Origin: Selaginella moellendorffii
Lineage: Eukaryota; Plantae; Lycopodiophyta
Assembly (NCBI RefSeq): GCF_000143415.4
Contig: NW_003314291.1
Span: forward strand, 1,406,517 to 1,470,516
Direction of reading: 5' to 3'
DNA length: 64,000 nucleotides
Shown here piece by piece: positions 49,122 to 62,558 of this stretch. A program made the position numbers and the translations under genes. The notes beneath the pieces are model-generated. The model ran no database searches and was not told the DNA's origin. It saw only the letters and a program-made list of their open reading frames with translations. How positions within the stretch are numbered: the stretch's first letter is position 1; each line of letters opens with the position of its first letter.

Positions 49122-50959
49122 TGCACCAGCCATATTTACTTGGTTGATGACGAAGGTATTTAAGTGTTATCTTCATGAGTTTATAGAGATTTCTTGGACA
49201 ATATTCTTGTTTTCAGCAAGAATTTGAAGCATAAAATGCACTTGCACAAGGTTTTTTGGTTATTATCTGACAGCAAGCTTTATGTGAAAAAGAGCAAATA
49301 TGAGTTTGCAAAGTTGGAGGTGGAACATCTAGGCCATATTATGACATTTAAAGGTGTCAAAACAGATCAAGCTTGTGGTAATTGTTTTATTGATCTCTTC
49401 AATTTTTGTTGCTATTTAACTAGCAATGTCATCACTTAAGAGTTGAAAATTTTGGTTCACTACTTGAAATTTTTCAATAAAAACTATAAACTTTAAAGTT
49501 GTTATTACAATCGGAGTTTCAAGAAGGAGAAAACTTTTTTATACTATAGAGCAACAAAACCTTTTGCTAGGTAGAAAAATATCCTCTGCCTAAGATTCCA
49601 AAGGTTGTTGAATAGCACAGATTATTCAACTTCTTGCTCCTTCCATCATATACATTTTTAATAAAGGGTAGGTGTCTAGAGTGTCAGTTCCCCAGCTGTG
49701 CAGCTGAGCTCACCCATGTCAAAGCTTGGGAGGGGGTGAGCAACACACTCCTACTGCCCCAAAACAAACCTAGGGATTGCCCACTTGGATCTGGACCCAG
49801 ATCTAGACTCAAATGGTCTCAATACAGCAAGGGGTGTGCACTTGGGAGGGGGTGAGCAATACACACCCTACTGCCCCAAGATAACACACAAAAGCGAGAG
49901 GCTAGGCCAAGTTGTGGCACACCATACATGTTGGTCACCTAAGTCTCCTGGTTATGCCAAAGCCTTGGCTAGGACCCATCATAGGCATATGTTTTTTACC
50001 ATAGCAATGGGTGTGTAGTCCTCTACTAAAGGCACACACCATTACATCACGAGGATTAACTACCAACCACCTCACCACTACCGCATGCAAAGATCCAGAC
50101 CTCTAGTCTGACTGAGTCTTCCAACTTTCATCATGACCTGTCCCAATGCACCTCATGGTGGTGGGCAGGGAGTGTGATGTTGAGGGTAGCAAAAGTAGAG
50201 CCAAAGTTAGAGCCCAAGTGGAGGATGCAAGCCCACCCCACTTGCCAGCACGCCACGTGCAGAGGGAGCTTGCCCAAAACTTAGTGCCAGACTCATACTC
50301 AGACTTGAACTCCACCTCAACTACTCAACTCTTCCAACACCACTATACTTTTGGAACCCCTAACAGTGCTCCCCCAAGGAGAGAAGTGCTTTGGGCTTCC
50401 ACCCCACAACATGTATTAGTGTCTAGGTTTACAATCTAGGAGTGGTGTGACTTATGCCACATCAGCAATGGAAAAGTGGTGTTTTTTCTCTTGAATTCTG
50501 CAGGATGGCTTCTAGGAGAGGATGACACGTGGTACACTTGCTCTTGCCACATAACATATATAAGTTTTATGGGTTTTTTGACATAAGAGTCAAGTATATT
50601 ATGAGTCTAGTGTTGCAGTAAGTGATTGTAGTCTTGCCACCTCATTTCCTGACAAAAGTTGGATGTTTTTGAGTTTTGTTATATCATACTTATCTCACCA
50701 CATGTTATTCCATGTGCTCTGGCCAGTGGTGTGCACAACTATAGGGTTTAGGGTTTATGGTAGCAGACATTTGGAATAGGTCCCATGACACATGGCATAT
50801 TTTCTTACATGTATTCCTTATTTTGTACATGAGGTGGCATATATCTTTGGTAAGCATGAGGTGGCATGCCACATGGCACACCACTGGAAATGTTTGGCTC
50901 TTAAATGTATCTGCTCTGGATATGTTAGGCCTGGGATATGTCTATGTGGTCAAAAGTTG

Positions 50960-51529
50960 GCAGCATGGTGTTGATCACTGCCATGACAATCCTCTCATTG
51001 CTGCTGAGCTCCAACCATCATGCCAATACAGCTGCTGCCTCTGAAAATGGCAAGGTACCCTGCCAGATGCTGGAATTTGGGCATTCCATCGGACCCAACT
51101 TGAAACATGGAGCAATGAGTCTAACATGTATACAAGTCTGTAAGTGTTCTGCATGAGGCTTGCAAGGCACGCTTAATATGAGCTCCTCAGCATCCCTTGC
51201 ACACAAAATGATCCACACACAGAGAAACACCGTGGTCATCAACAGTGTTGATCAGGATGCTCCTCCCTAATGGAAACAATCCAGAGTGGCTGCAGACGAC
51301 CAAAACACTCATCTCACTCACCTTGACCTTTCAAGGCCATGTCTTTGAACAGCTCCAGCCCTTGGTAACAATGCCCGTGGTGTGTGTAAAGGGAGAGCAT
51401 TGAGTGCCATGAGTTACATGAATCGCCCAAGCTCTCACCAAAGATCCCCCGAGCAAGCTCCACTCGTCCACATTTGGCATACATGTTGACGAGTGCCACG
51501 GCCACTGGAGCTAGAGAATCCAAGCTACT
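50960..51529 (-). pseudogene. PPR pseudogene, 3' part
   Basis: ALVNMYAKCGRVELARGIF...SWHSML and E-type DAEELILSVPCKP, with frameshifts. Confidence 0.8.
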
Positions 51530-54500
51530 TGAAACGAACAAGAGAGCGAACCCTAGGCCAGCCTCCCAACCCTTAAGGCGTTACGGCCTTAAATCCCATA
51601 GGCCATGGAATATTCTCGGAATATTCCCGTGGTTTGTGTCATTCTCCCCTCCCAACACCACCTGCTTTGCATTATTGGAAATGCCACCTTGAAGATCTTC
51701 ATCATCTTGCTTGAGCGTGCTTGTGAAAAATCAGAGGAGAAAAACAGTCCAAGATGTAGAGAAAAGAAAAGACATCTGCTGCAATCTTTCCACAGAAAGA
51801 GTTACTATCAACATAGATTAGTGCAGTGCTTGAGCCAATTTGGCAGACCACCAACTAAGCTATTATTGCTCACATCTAAGTCTTCCAAGTTACATAAAGA
51901 CCCAGGATTAAATCATCATGACCCAGCCACATATGGTAGCCTCGAGAAGCTAAACAAGCCTCAAATGAAGGGATTCCAAGGCAATACAGCCATGGAGAAA
52001 AGATGTGCAAACGGCAACACCAATGTCGCAACAAACGGTCACGAAAGAAAGAAAGCAATACAGCTTTCTCACATGATAATACGGTCATAGAAAACAAGAG
52101 AATGAGAATAGAACAAACAGCTCAAATCATATAGCAATACGGCTATAGAACTCAATTCTCCCCTTCCTCAGGAATGTCATCCAAATCATAACCAAAACTT
52201 GAAAACACTCTCTTCACGTCATCCTCAGTTTCCCATGTAGCTTCATCCATGGAATAACCATTCCACTGAACTAACAACTCCCTAGTTGTTTTCCGGCGTG
52301 TTTTCACCAATCTTTGAGCAAGAATATTGGCCGGACCAGCCTTCTTTGCATCAATCTCTGGAACCTAGATGATGGACCGATCCACGATATCACTAGAGTG
52401 CAAACACACTTTAAGCTTGCTCACATGGAACGTTGGATGAATTTTCGAACTAACTGGCAAATCCAAAGTGTATGCAAGATCCCCCACACGCTGTAAAATT
52501 GTCCAAGGCCCACAATACCGTGGGGACAACTTAGCACTACCACTTCCTTTTAGAGATCGTTGTGCATCTGACAGCTTAAGGAAAACTTTGTCACCAACTT
52601 TGTACTCTTGATGACGACGATGCTCATCAGCCAATCTTTTGTCTCGTTCTTGAGCTTGCCTCATGTTCAATTTTGCCAACTCAAGCTTGTCTTGCATATC
52701 CTCCAGGAAATCACAAGCATGAGGAACCAGAACCAAAGCCAAATTCAAACTCACAGGAGACCTAGGCTTATAGCCATACATCGCCATAAAAGGAGACATG
52801 CCAATAGCCGATTGATGAGCGCTATTGTAAGCAAACTGAAGCAAAGGCAAGTATTTTTCCCATACTCCCTGTCGAGTCAAGTTTCCCACAAAAGACCGTA
52901 GCATATCTTCTAATAACTGATTCATGCGCTCTGTCTGCCCATCAGATTGTGGATGCTCACCACTACTCATGCTCAGTTTAGTCTCTAGTTTTTCAAAGAC
53001 CATTTGCCAAAACTTGGACGTGAACTTAGGATCCCGATCACTCACAATGTCACCCGGCAAACCATAGAGACTGAATAACCGGTCTACAAACAACTGAGCA
53101 AGTTCAGAAGCTTTTATCGTTGTCTTCACAGGGAAAAAGTGAGCCATCTTCGTCAAACGATCCACAACAACCCAAATAGCATCATTTCCTTGAAAGGTTT
53201 TGGGCAAACCAGTGATAAAGTCCATCGAGATGTTATCCCACTTATTCTCGGGTACACGTAAAGGATGATAGAGGCCAACGAGCTTCTGATGATCAACTTT
53301 GACCGCCTGGCAGGTCAAGCAACCACGTACATACTTCTCAACATTTGACTTCATCCCAGGCCAAAAGAAATGCCTTTTCACCAACATATACGTTTTCAAT
53401 ACCCCTGGATGCCCAACACTTGGCACATCATGACACTCAACCAAAATCCGTTTGATGAGTTTGTCAACACGAGGAACCACTACACGTCCCTTCTTCACCA
53501 GGATTCCATCTTGTATTTCGAATGACGCAAACTTGTCACCCTTCAAATCTGTAAAGGCGTCCCTCAACAAAACCTTCGCGCAAATATCAGTGATAAAGGA
53601 GTCGAAGCCAACAAACTCCTTAAGCTCATCCAAGAGATCACTGGATAGCTTCACGAATGAGATAGAATTTACCATCCTGGATAATGCATCAACCATCTTA
53701 TTGTCACCTCCATGCTTGTACCGGATCTTAACAGACATTTCCTGCAGGAACTCTTGCCAACGAGCAAGGCGGCCTCGAAGATCCTTTTGTTGACTGAAAT
53801 ATTGGAGAGATTGATGGCCTGAATCCACATGGAAGTCCGATCCATAAAGATAATGTCGCCATTCCTTCACAGCAGCAATCACAGCATACAACTCCTTGTC
53901 TTGAGTAGGCCAATTCCATTGTGTGGCATCAAACTTATGGCTCATGTACGCAAGAGGATGCCCAACTTGAAGCAAAAAGGCTCCAATAGCAATGTCACTT
54001 ACATCTGTCTCGACCACAAGAGGCTTTTCAGGATCAAAAATCTTCAACACCGGAGCAGAGATACAACATTGCTTCAAACGTTGAAATGCCACTTCACACT
54101 TCTCATCCCAACCATGAATAGTAGCATGTTTTGACGTATTCTGGAGAAGATCAGTTAAAGGGGCTGCTATCCCTGAAAAGTCCTTCACAAATCGTCGAAA
54201 AACTCTAGCCATACCAAGGAAACTACGGAGATCATGCACTGTGGAAGGTATAGGCCAATCAACCATGGCCTGAATCTTTGCGGGATCAACTCTCACTCCA
54301 TGTACCGAAATCAAATGCCTGAGATATCCAATCTCCTCTAAAAAAAACTCGCACTTGGATAATTTTGAGTAGAGCTTGTTGTCCCTCAAAAGTTGTAAAA
54401 CACTTCGCACATGCATCTTATGTTCCTCCACGGAAGAGCTGAAATGCAGTTTTCGGAACATCCTCTGGCTTGACACAAATCTGATGATATCCTTGCCTCA

Positions 54501-56617
54501 AATCAATCTTCGAAAAATATCGAGCTCCACGAAGATGATCGAGCAAATCATCGATATGAGGGATTAGGAACATATTCTTCACTGTCCTATCATTTAATCC
54601 CTTGTAATTCACGCAAAGACGCCATGTACCATCTTTTTTTTTTTACCATCACCACTGGAGCAGCCCAAGGAGACTTGCTAATCCGTAACCACCCTTTCCG
54701 AAGGTATTCAGCAAGCTGCCTATTAATCTCTTCATCTTCAGCAGGACTAGTACAAGTCAGTTGTCGCTGAAAGGGAGTAGCTCCAAGAACCAAATCAATC
54801 TTATGCTGAATTCCACGTTCTAGAGGCAAACCATTAGGTAACTCATCTGGAAATACGTCACAGAACTCCTCCTGAATGGAATCCACCTGTGCCTCATGCC
54901 CACGAACGTACTCCAAATCAGACATGATCATATTAGAAAGAAATGGGTACACCACAAAAGAATTACCTATCTCATGCATGCATGTCACCAACTCCAAAGC
55001 GTTAATCAATGGAGTATCACTATTGTCTGTCCCGACAATCTCGTTTATAGTGCCACCAACTTCAATACGCAGAACATTACGCTCCCAATCGATCCCTGGC
55101 TTCTTGTCATAAAACCATTCCTTCCCAAGAATAACGTCTGTGCGACCAAGATCCATAACCTGAAACGAAGGATGGTCAAGAATCCCTTGAACTGTCAAAG
55201 GAACACTTGGAGCCCATTCACCGTAAACACAAGTGCTATGTCCATCTGCCATAACCACCTCGTAGATTACTGAACTCTTTTCCACAGGCAAACCAAGTTT
55301 CTTCACCACCTTAGAGCTCAAAAAGTTGTGTGTAGCACTTGGATCGAAAAGAATACTAACAGCATGTCCTTGAATGTCCCCCTTGGCCTTCACAAGTTGA
55401 TTGCGCATAGAACCATTAATCTCTACAGAGTTGATACGAACTCAAGACTTAGATTCTTGAATTTTTGCCACAGGGTGTGGAAGAGCCACCACAGTAGATG
55501 CCTGAGCTGTATCCACGATGGATTCCACCACATTCACCTTAGCATTCTTTGATCCCTTCACAAGAGGACAATCTTTGCCATGATGTCCAGCCTTCTGACA
55601 ACTTGTCCTTCTCTCATTGGTCTAACCAATGTCTTTTTGCCTCATTGCCATCTCCACTCTTTGAGCTACGACGAAGCAACGGCCATTTCTTCCTTGAAAA
55701 TGAAGTATTGGTGGGTTGGTCATCACGTTGACCACTCCGGAGACCATCCTTTTGACCAGAGTTGACCAAGTTGACCAACGGTTTGGACAAAAAGATTTGA
55801 GCCTTAGTGATAGCATCAGTCAATGTTGCTGGAAAATCCTTCTTGACCTTCTGCTGCACATCCACCGAACTCAATCATTTGATAAAACATTGCACCTTTA
55901 GCAGCTTATTATAGGTGCCCGTGAGACTAAGGCAAAGATCACGGAACTTGCGGGCATACACATCCAAAGACAAAGTCCCCTGCCGATCTCTAACAACTGA
56001 TTCACGAGATCAACCTCTTCAAACTTTTTGACAAACGAAGTGCGGAAAACCTTTGTCAAATCAGTCCAAGAAGTCGGCTTCAAATTAGCTTTGATGTAGT
56101 TCTTCCACCACGAAAAAGCATGGCCTGTAAGCTTCGTCACAAAGAAATCTATCTTCACCTTATCCTCACAAGGATTGTGAGACCAACAACTTTCCCACAA
56201 TTCCAATCAAAGATCAACCTCTTGACTATCACAAACATCCGGTGATGATTTCCATTCCATAATACCATAATCCTTGGCATGTTTGATGTACCAATGGTAA
56301 TCACGAACATGAGATCGATTCAATCCTTGAGGGTTTATGTGAAGCAAAAAATCCTTAATGAGATTGACAGAATCCTTAACCTCCTTTATGTCGCTCTAAA
56401 CCGCATCCTTGCCGTAGAATGACATCATCAAAAGTTTCGTTCGCATCGTCATGGCTATCATCACTAATGCCATACTCATCAAGATCAATATCTTGCTCTC
56501 CTGCCATCCCCAAAAGAATGTGCTGCTCCAATACCAATGAAACGAACAAGAGAGCAAACCTTAGGCCAGCCTCCCATTACATGGAATATTCTCGGAATAT
56601 TCCTGTGGTTCGTGTCA
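51530..56617 (-). mobile_element. Full-length Ty3/Gypsy chromovirus (gag-PR-RT-RH-INT-chromodomain), inactivated
   Basis: TG...CA LTRs at 56538-56617 and 51530-51641, TSD CTACT on both sides, PBS-like TGGTATTGGAGC, PPT GGAGGGGAGAA, integrase HHCC/DDE motifs, chromodomain LVQWNGYSMDEATWE (~52280-52230). Confidence 0.95.
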
Positions 56618-57441
56618 CTACTGCTCACAATGTGGGAGTGCACCGGCCCACGCTCCCAAAAGGCTCACGAAAGTGCCTGCCTCGGGCTTGACCCCTTCTT
56701 CGCTCATCTTGTTGTAGAGCCGGAGGCTGGCATTGGGACTGTGCAGCAGCAGCGATCGTCGCGTTCCAGCAGACCACGTCCTTGTGCTGGATATCGTCGA
56801 AGATCTTTCTCGCCATCTTCAGGCTTCCACACTTGCCATACATGTTGAGCAGTGCAGTCTGGATGACCGCGCTCGGATTGTTCGCCTTGGCATGGATGGT
56901 GTCGTGGATTCTCTTGCCCGACTCAAGATCACAGGCGGACAGAAGCGTGTACAAGGTTCTGTCGTTTGGATGAGCCGCTTGTTCCACACTCAATTCTCCT
57001 GTAGAGATCCAGGGCCACTCCTCATTGCATTTCAGGTTTCCATCGCCGCTACTGTGCTTGTCCAGTCCGCTCTCCCAGCTCCCACATTGTGATGTCCACG
57101 ATCGGAGCTGACTCAAACTCGCCTAGTTCCTCCGCGACGGCATGCAAATTCACAGCTCGCTCGCAGGCCTCGGAAGAACAAGCGCCAAGAACAGTTGCGA
57201 GTGTGGCCTCGTTGGGCTGGACACGTCCAAATTCATCTTCCTGTAGAGGGTCAGGGCATAGCCACCGATTATCCGTGGTTGATTCCATCAAGTTCCCGAC
57301 ACTGCAACAACCAACAAGCCGGACAATGCTGCTGCTCTTCTCCCTCCGCTCCGCCCAGATTCCTGCCGCATTCTCACGTACGCTTGCAATGCCTCCCCTT
57401 GGAGGCGCACTTCTTTCATGCGCTACCGCTACCTGATCCAC
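56618..57441 (-). pseudogene. PPR pseudogene, 5' part
   Basis: PNEATLATVLGAC and TALLNMYGKCGSLKMARKIFD...DVVCWNA, with frameshifts. Confidence 0.8.
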
Positions 57442-57473
57442 ATCTTTCCATGCATTTCTAGCCCTAAGCCCCG

Positions 57474-59356
57474 ATGGATGAGAGCTCCTTCGCCGGCCTC
57501 ATCAGGCGGTGTGGCGATTCCAAGGATCTGTCCCGAGCGCACGAGCTCTACTCGAGGCTCCAGCGCAGTCGCGAGCGCCACAGCACGTACCTGGCCAATC
57601 TGTGCGCTCACATGTACGGCAAATGCGGCAGCGCCAAGGACGCGCGCCGCGTCTTCGATGAAATCCAAGAACCAAACGTCTTCTCCTGGACAATTCTCAT
57701 GCAAGCGTATGCCGCAAATGGGCATCTGGAGCAGGTCGAGAATGCGTTCCACACAATGCCGGAGAGAGACACCGCCGCCTGGAATACGATGATCAAGGCA
57801 TATGCCAGCAGAGGCCGCATTCGAGAAGCTAGAAGAATCTTCGATTTGATGCCCCACAAGAATGTCATCTCCTGGACTGCCATGCTTACTGCGCATGCCA
57901 ACAGAGGGGAAATGGAGCAGGCGCAAGAGCTCTTTGACAAGATGCCCCACAAGAACACGGTGACGTGGAACGCACTCCTGACCGGGTATGCCACATCAGC
58001 CACTTGGACGAATGTGTGTGGATCTTTGCCGCAATGCCCGGCCGTGACGCCGTGTCCTGGAACGCGATGATCCTCGCCTTTGCACAGCAAGGCCAGCTGG
58101 ATCGCGCAAAGTCCACCTTTGATGCCATGCCCAATCCGGATCTCATCTCCTACAGCATCCTCCTGGCAGCATTCGCGCAAAAGGCCCAGCTCCGGCGAGC
58201 GATCGAGCTGTTCAAGCTCATCCATCGCCCCAATCTCGTCTGCTGGACGTCGATGGTCACTGCCTACGCCCGCGCCGGAGATTTGCTCTCCGCAAGGAAC
58301 ATCTTCGACAAGATCCCTCAAAAAGATCCCGTGTGCTGGAATGTGATGATCAGCGCCTATGTGGAGGCTGGGAGCCTCCAAGCCGCGAGAGCGCTCCTCC
58401 ACGAAATGCCCAACCCTAACGCAGTGACGTGGACGGCGATGCTCGTGGCGTACGGCAACGCCGGCCACCTCGAAGAGGCGCGAAACGCATTTGAAATGGT
58501 GACGGACGGGAACACGGTCACGTGGAACGCCATGATTAGTGCCTATGCCCGACACGGCCATCTGGACGAGGCCAAGATCTTGTTTGCGACATTGCCGGAG
58601 AGCGACAAGAATGTCGTGTCGTGGAACGCAATGCTCCAGGCTTATGCCGACAACCGCGAGCTTGATGGGGCGGAGCACATCTTCTGGGCGATGCCCGAGC
58701 ATAACGTTGTGTCGTGGACGGCTATGGTGACTGCCAATGCCAAGTGTGGACGACTCGAGCAGGCCGACAGCGTCTTCGGTGCCATGCCGGAGAGAAGCCT
58801 CGTGTCGTGGAATGCGATGATGGAGAGCTACTCGGATTCCGCTGGCCAAGGCCCGAAAACCCTAGAGCTGTTTCGAGAGTTGGAGCTCGTCGGTCTGGAA
58901 CCTAATGACTTGAGCTTCATGAGCCTTCTCAATGCTTGCAGCCATGGCGGATTGAGCGAGCAAGGCTTGAGCTACTTTGGCCGCTTGAAGGCTTCTTCGG
59001 CAGTGGAGGGCAGCAGCCTATCTCCGTCCCGGGAACACTACTGCTGCATAGTGGACATGCTGGGAAGATCCGGTCGTTTGAGAGATGCGGAAGAGCTCGT
59101 TGAGTCGATGCCATTCGAGCCGGGAGTCGTCGAGTGGGGATCACTTTTGGGAGCTTGCAAGACATACAGTGATGTTGATCGAGCTTCCAGGGCGGTCGAG
59201 AACATCGTTGAGCTCAATCCAGGAAATAGAGCTGCCAATTCGGCTCTGACACTGCTGTCTAACGTGTATGCTGCTGCTGGCAGGATCAGAGAGGCGGAGG
59301 CTGTTCAGACAAGACTGAGATCTAGAACACGAGTTAGATCAGATGGAAACAGTTGA
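57474..59356 (+). pseudogene. PLS-class PPR (tandem SS motifs) with E domain; single frameshift at ~57995
   Basis: ORFs 57474-58070 and 57965-59356 switch frame within one motif (TCAGCCACTTG where TCAGGCCACTTG is expected); E domain HYCCIVDMLGRSGRL. Confidence 0.75.
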
Positions 59357-59378
59357 CAAAATAAAACTAACCTTTTGG

Positions 59379-62300
59379 TCATGCATTCCTGCTTCTTTTA
59401 GTTTGCCTCGCCTGACCGCCAGTTGTGGCCACCCTCTTGCTGGAAGACGCCTCCTTCGTGTCCGGACCATCTGTATTCTTTGTGGTATACTCGTTTAAGG
59501 TGGTCATTATCTGCTCTCCATACTTGGATGACTTGGTTTTGCCAATGATTTCGTCCAGCTTACCAATGTAATAACAAAAGCGTCAAAGTAGAATCAGCAA
59601 AATAGTTACCTCCGTGATTGATGTGGGGACGTGTGAGGACAGTCTCTTGATGTGCTGAGAAGAAAGCACAGCATAAGGAAAAATGCCACCGTCGGCAGCA
59701 GCCAGTGTCTGGCGAAGTGTATCAAGCATACGAGCCATGCCAGACTGCATGGCGCAATCGTCCAGAGTTGTCTTCACAGGTCCTCTCTTCTCACATTGTT
59801 CAAGGATGACCTTTCTTTTGCCTGCGGTCAAACAAATACCATGTTTCATGTCAAAAATATACATGAAGGAAGTTCACCTTGCAATATAAGTCTTGCTGCC
59901 GATCCTGCCTTTACGTAGGCATTTGTAGCATAAGCAGTATGTTGAAAGTCCTCTCGCTGTATATGAAAAGTTTGGGTCACACAGTTTACACAGAATAAAA
60001 CTTGCCAATGTGCCATCTAGAATTAGTTGAAGAATGATCTGCTCTGCATCGTCCTTACTCATCTCCTTGTCACCTGTTTGGGATTGCAATATATGCCCGT
60101 AAACGCCGCTTATATGGTTACCTGCCTGTCGTAGCTGACTTCTCCACAGATCCACAAGCTGCAGCAACGTAGTTTTCTTGTCACTCTCCGCAACGTCCAT
60201 TACAGACTGCACGAGGGACTTGCCGTACTCTGCAAAACATGCACGCGCCTTAATGCAACAGAAAATGTAAGTTCAAGGGCAAATGTACCCGTAACATCCT
60301 TCTCAACAACGTCGTTCTCAAATGCGCAAGTATCGCACATTCCTGAGTAGACACCTCTGGTATCAGCCTAAAAGCTTAATCAACAATCAAACCGTACCGT
60401 TGCACTCTTGTACTTGTTCGGCAAAATATTGAAAAAACGCCGCTCGCCGACACCTTTGTTTCGACTGCATCAAGGTCATCATTGTAGAATTTACAATCTC
60501 TTAAAAGAAACAGAAGAGCACCTGACAATAGCGAGCCATTGCGTAAAGATTCTGCAAGCCCGTATTTTCGGAGAACACCATGCAGCTCTACATAATTTGT
60601 ACTGTCAGTTCCACAAGAGATGAATATAAAGAGCTTTTACTTGTCGAGGGACATCAGCTGGCCTGAAAAATAATACGCAGCGAGATGGAAGTCCATCACG
60701 GCCAGCACGTCCGCTCTCCTACTGGCCAAGCAGTGTTAGCAGTTTACAAGCAGGAAAATGGCGGAAAAACACCTGATAATACGTCTCCAAGGATTTACTC
60801 AGGGTATGGTGTATAACAAAACGCACTGCAAACACAAGGTCACATTCAGACCATAGAACAAAAACACCTAACCATCTGGTTTGTTGATTCCCATGCCAAA
60901 GGCCACCTGTATCTCATGTTTATTTCTTGAAAAAACTATAAAAGACCGATTTACCGTGCCAACAATCACTTGGAGCTGGTTGCTACTCCACCTGAACGAA
61001 AGTATCACGTCTGTTCTACTTATGCTTACGAGAATACCTTCGATGAACATTTGTTCGAAGACCAGAGTCCATGTCCGCATGATAATGAGCAGCAGATATT
61101 TGACGCTTCCGCAAAGCGTCAGCGACCTGTTTGATGCAGGGCACACGATTTTTGTTTGAAATCGTAAAGCCAAGTACCTGCTCACACTCTTTACGTGAGA
61201 AACAGTAAACGATTCCGGACTCATTGGATGGATAAGTCTCCTTTATAAACAATGCGATGTCTTCAATAACGTCGGCCGCAACCTGCTTTTTATCACGGAC
61301 CTGGACAAAAGAAATCAAAATAGAAAACGAAAAAAACAAGAGATGCCGATCATCGCGCCTTACGAAACGAAATACCTCGTAGAAAAGGTTCGGACGATTG
61401 ACGGAGCTTGTAAATCTCTCGCATGGCAGGATTTGCAGCATCTCCTGCAAATCTCTTTGAACACGCCCAGTTGCAGTGGCCTTTGCAAAATGTTCACCGG
61501 CCGAGACGATCGATTAAACAGAGAAAAATTCAGATGTAACTCACAGTTAACGCAATCATAGGTACTTTAGGAAACTGCTTCTTCAGAATCCCCAAGTTTT
61601 TATAATCCGGCCGAAAGTCGTGTCCCCATTGGCTGCAGCAATGTGCTTCCTGTAAGTAAATCTTACAAAGAGCTGAAAGGAATAGCATAAAAGGAAAACT
61701 CACATCGATAGCTACAAGAGAGAGACGTCCGGCCCGGTTACACTTTTCAAGCTTCGACATGAAACGTTTACTTTTCGCAATCTTCTCCGGAGTAACATAT
61801 AGAATCCGCAAGTTTCCGTCGCCCTTCTCAAGAACTCTATAAATCTCCTTTTCTTCCTCCTTGGAGGTTGTCGAAGTCAGCATGGCGGCAGAGACTCCCA
61901 AAGCAGCCAGTCCCATGACCTGCATTACTGTCACTCAACGAAGCTCCAACGAAAGGAAGAAAAAAAAAGTACCTGGTCTTGAATAAGGGACAAAAGGGGA
62001 CTAACAACAAGAGCAATTCCTGGCCGGAGAAGAGCTGGAAGCTGATAGCACAGACTCTTCCCTCCTCCTGCCGCCATAACAACGACCACATTCTTGTTAC
62101 TCATCAGCGCGTTTACAATCTGCAAGGAGCAAGCAAGAACAAATCACACACACAAAAAAAAAAAAAAAGGAAACTGGAGAACGAGACCTCTCTCTGGTTC
62201 CGCCGGTAAGTGGAAATGCCAAAGACATTGAGTAGCAAGTTGGATGCCTCGTTATCCCACTCAAAGTTTCCAGACCAGTCCTGCTCAATGATTTGGATAT

Positions 62301-62513
62301 CATCCTCCTCGGAAGCTCTGCAGCAGTCGATCAGCTGGCGAAGCTCCGCTTGCTCCTCAAGAAGACGCGCTTGGCGATCGCAGAGAACGGCAATCTGAGC
62401 TGTGAAAGCAAATAGATCACGCTCCTGGAGGACATTTTCCGTTTCCTACCTTGAACCTCCTGGAGCTCAGCATCAACGGCCTCCAGGCGCAGCGCAACCT
62501 CCTCCTCCGCCAT
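59379..62513 (-). CDS. RECQ2: RecQ helicase, RECQL1/RECQ2 (MED34) type, multi-exon
   Basis: N-terminal coiled coil, [70 protein letters not shown]-terminal HRDC-like region. Confidence 0.93.
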
Positions 62514-62558
62514 GGTATGGAGCCCTAAAAGGGGGGAAGGGGTTTAGGGTTTAAGGCG

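Larger units (their letters stand above)
44607..49440 (+). mobile_element. Highly decayed Ty3/Gypsy retrotransposon (gag, protease, RT) with nested insertions; ends uncertain
   Basis: Zn knuckle CHHCSEFGHYKIDC (~46660), protease LLDSGS (~46930), RT MCIDYCALNK, IDTRSGYYQI, VMPFGL, LDNILVFS; many stops; possible LTR start TGTTAG at 44607. Confidence 0.8.

Noticed and set aside
57429-58849. Antisense ORFs over the PPR gene
   Set aside because: Shadow frames
27811-62513. Mediator gene cluster (MED32 and RECQ2/MED34)
   Set aside because: More than 30 kb apart with unrelated genes between; likely coincidence
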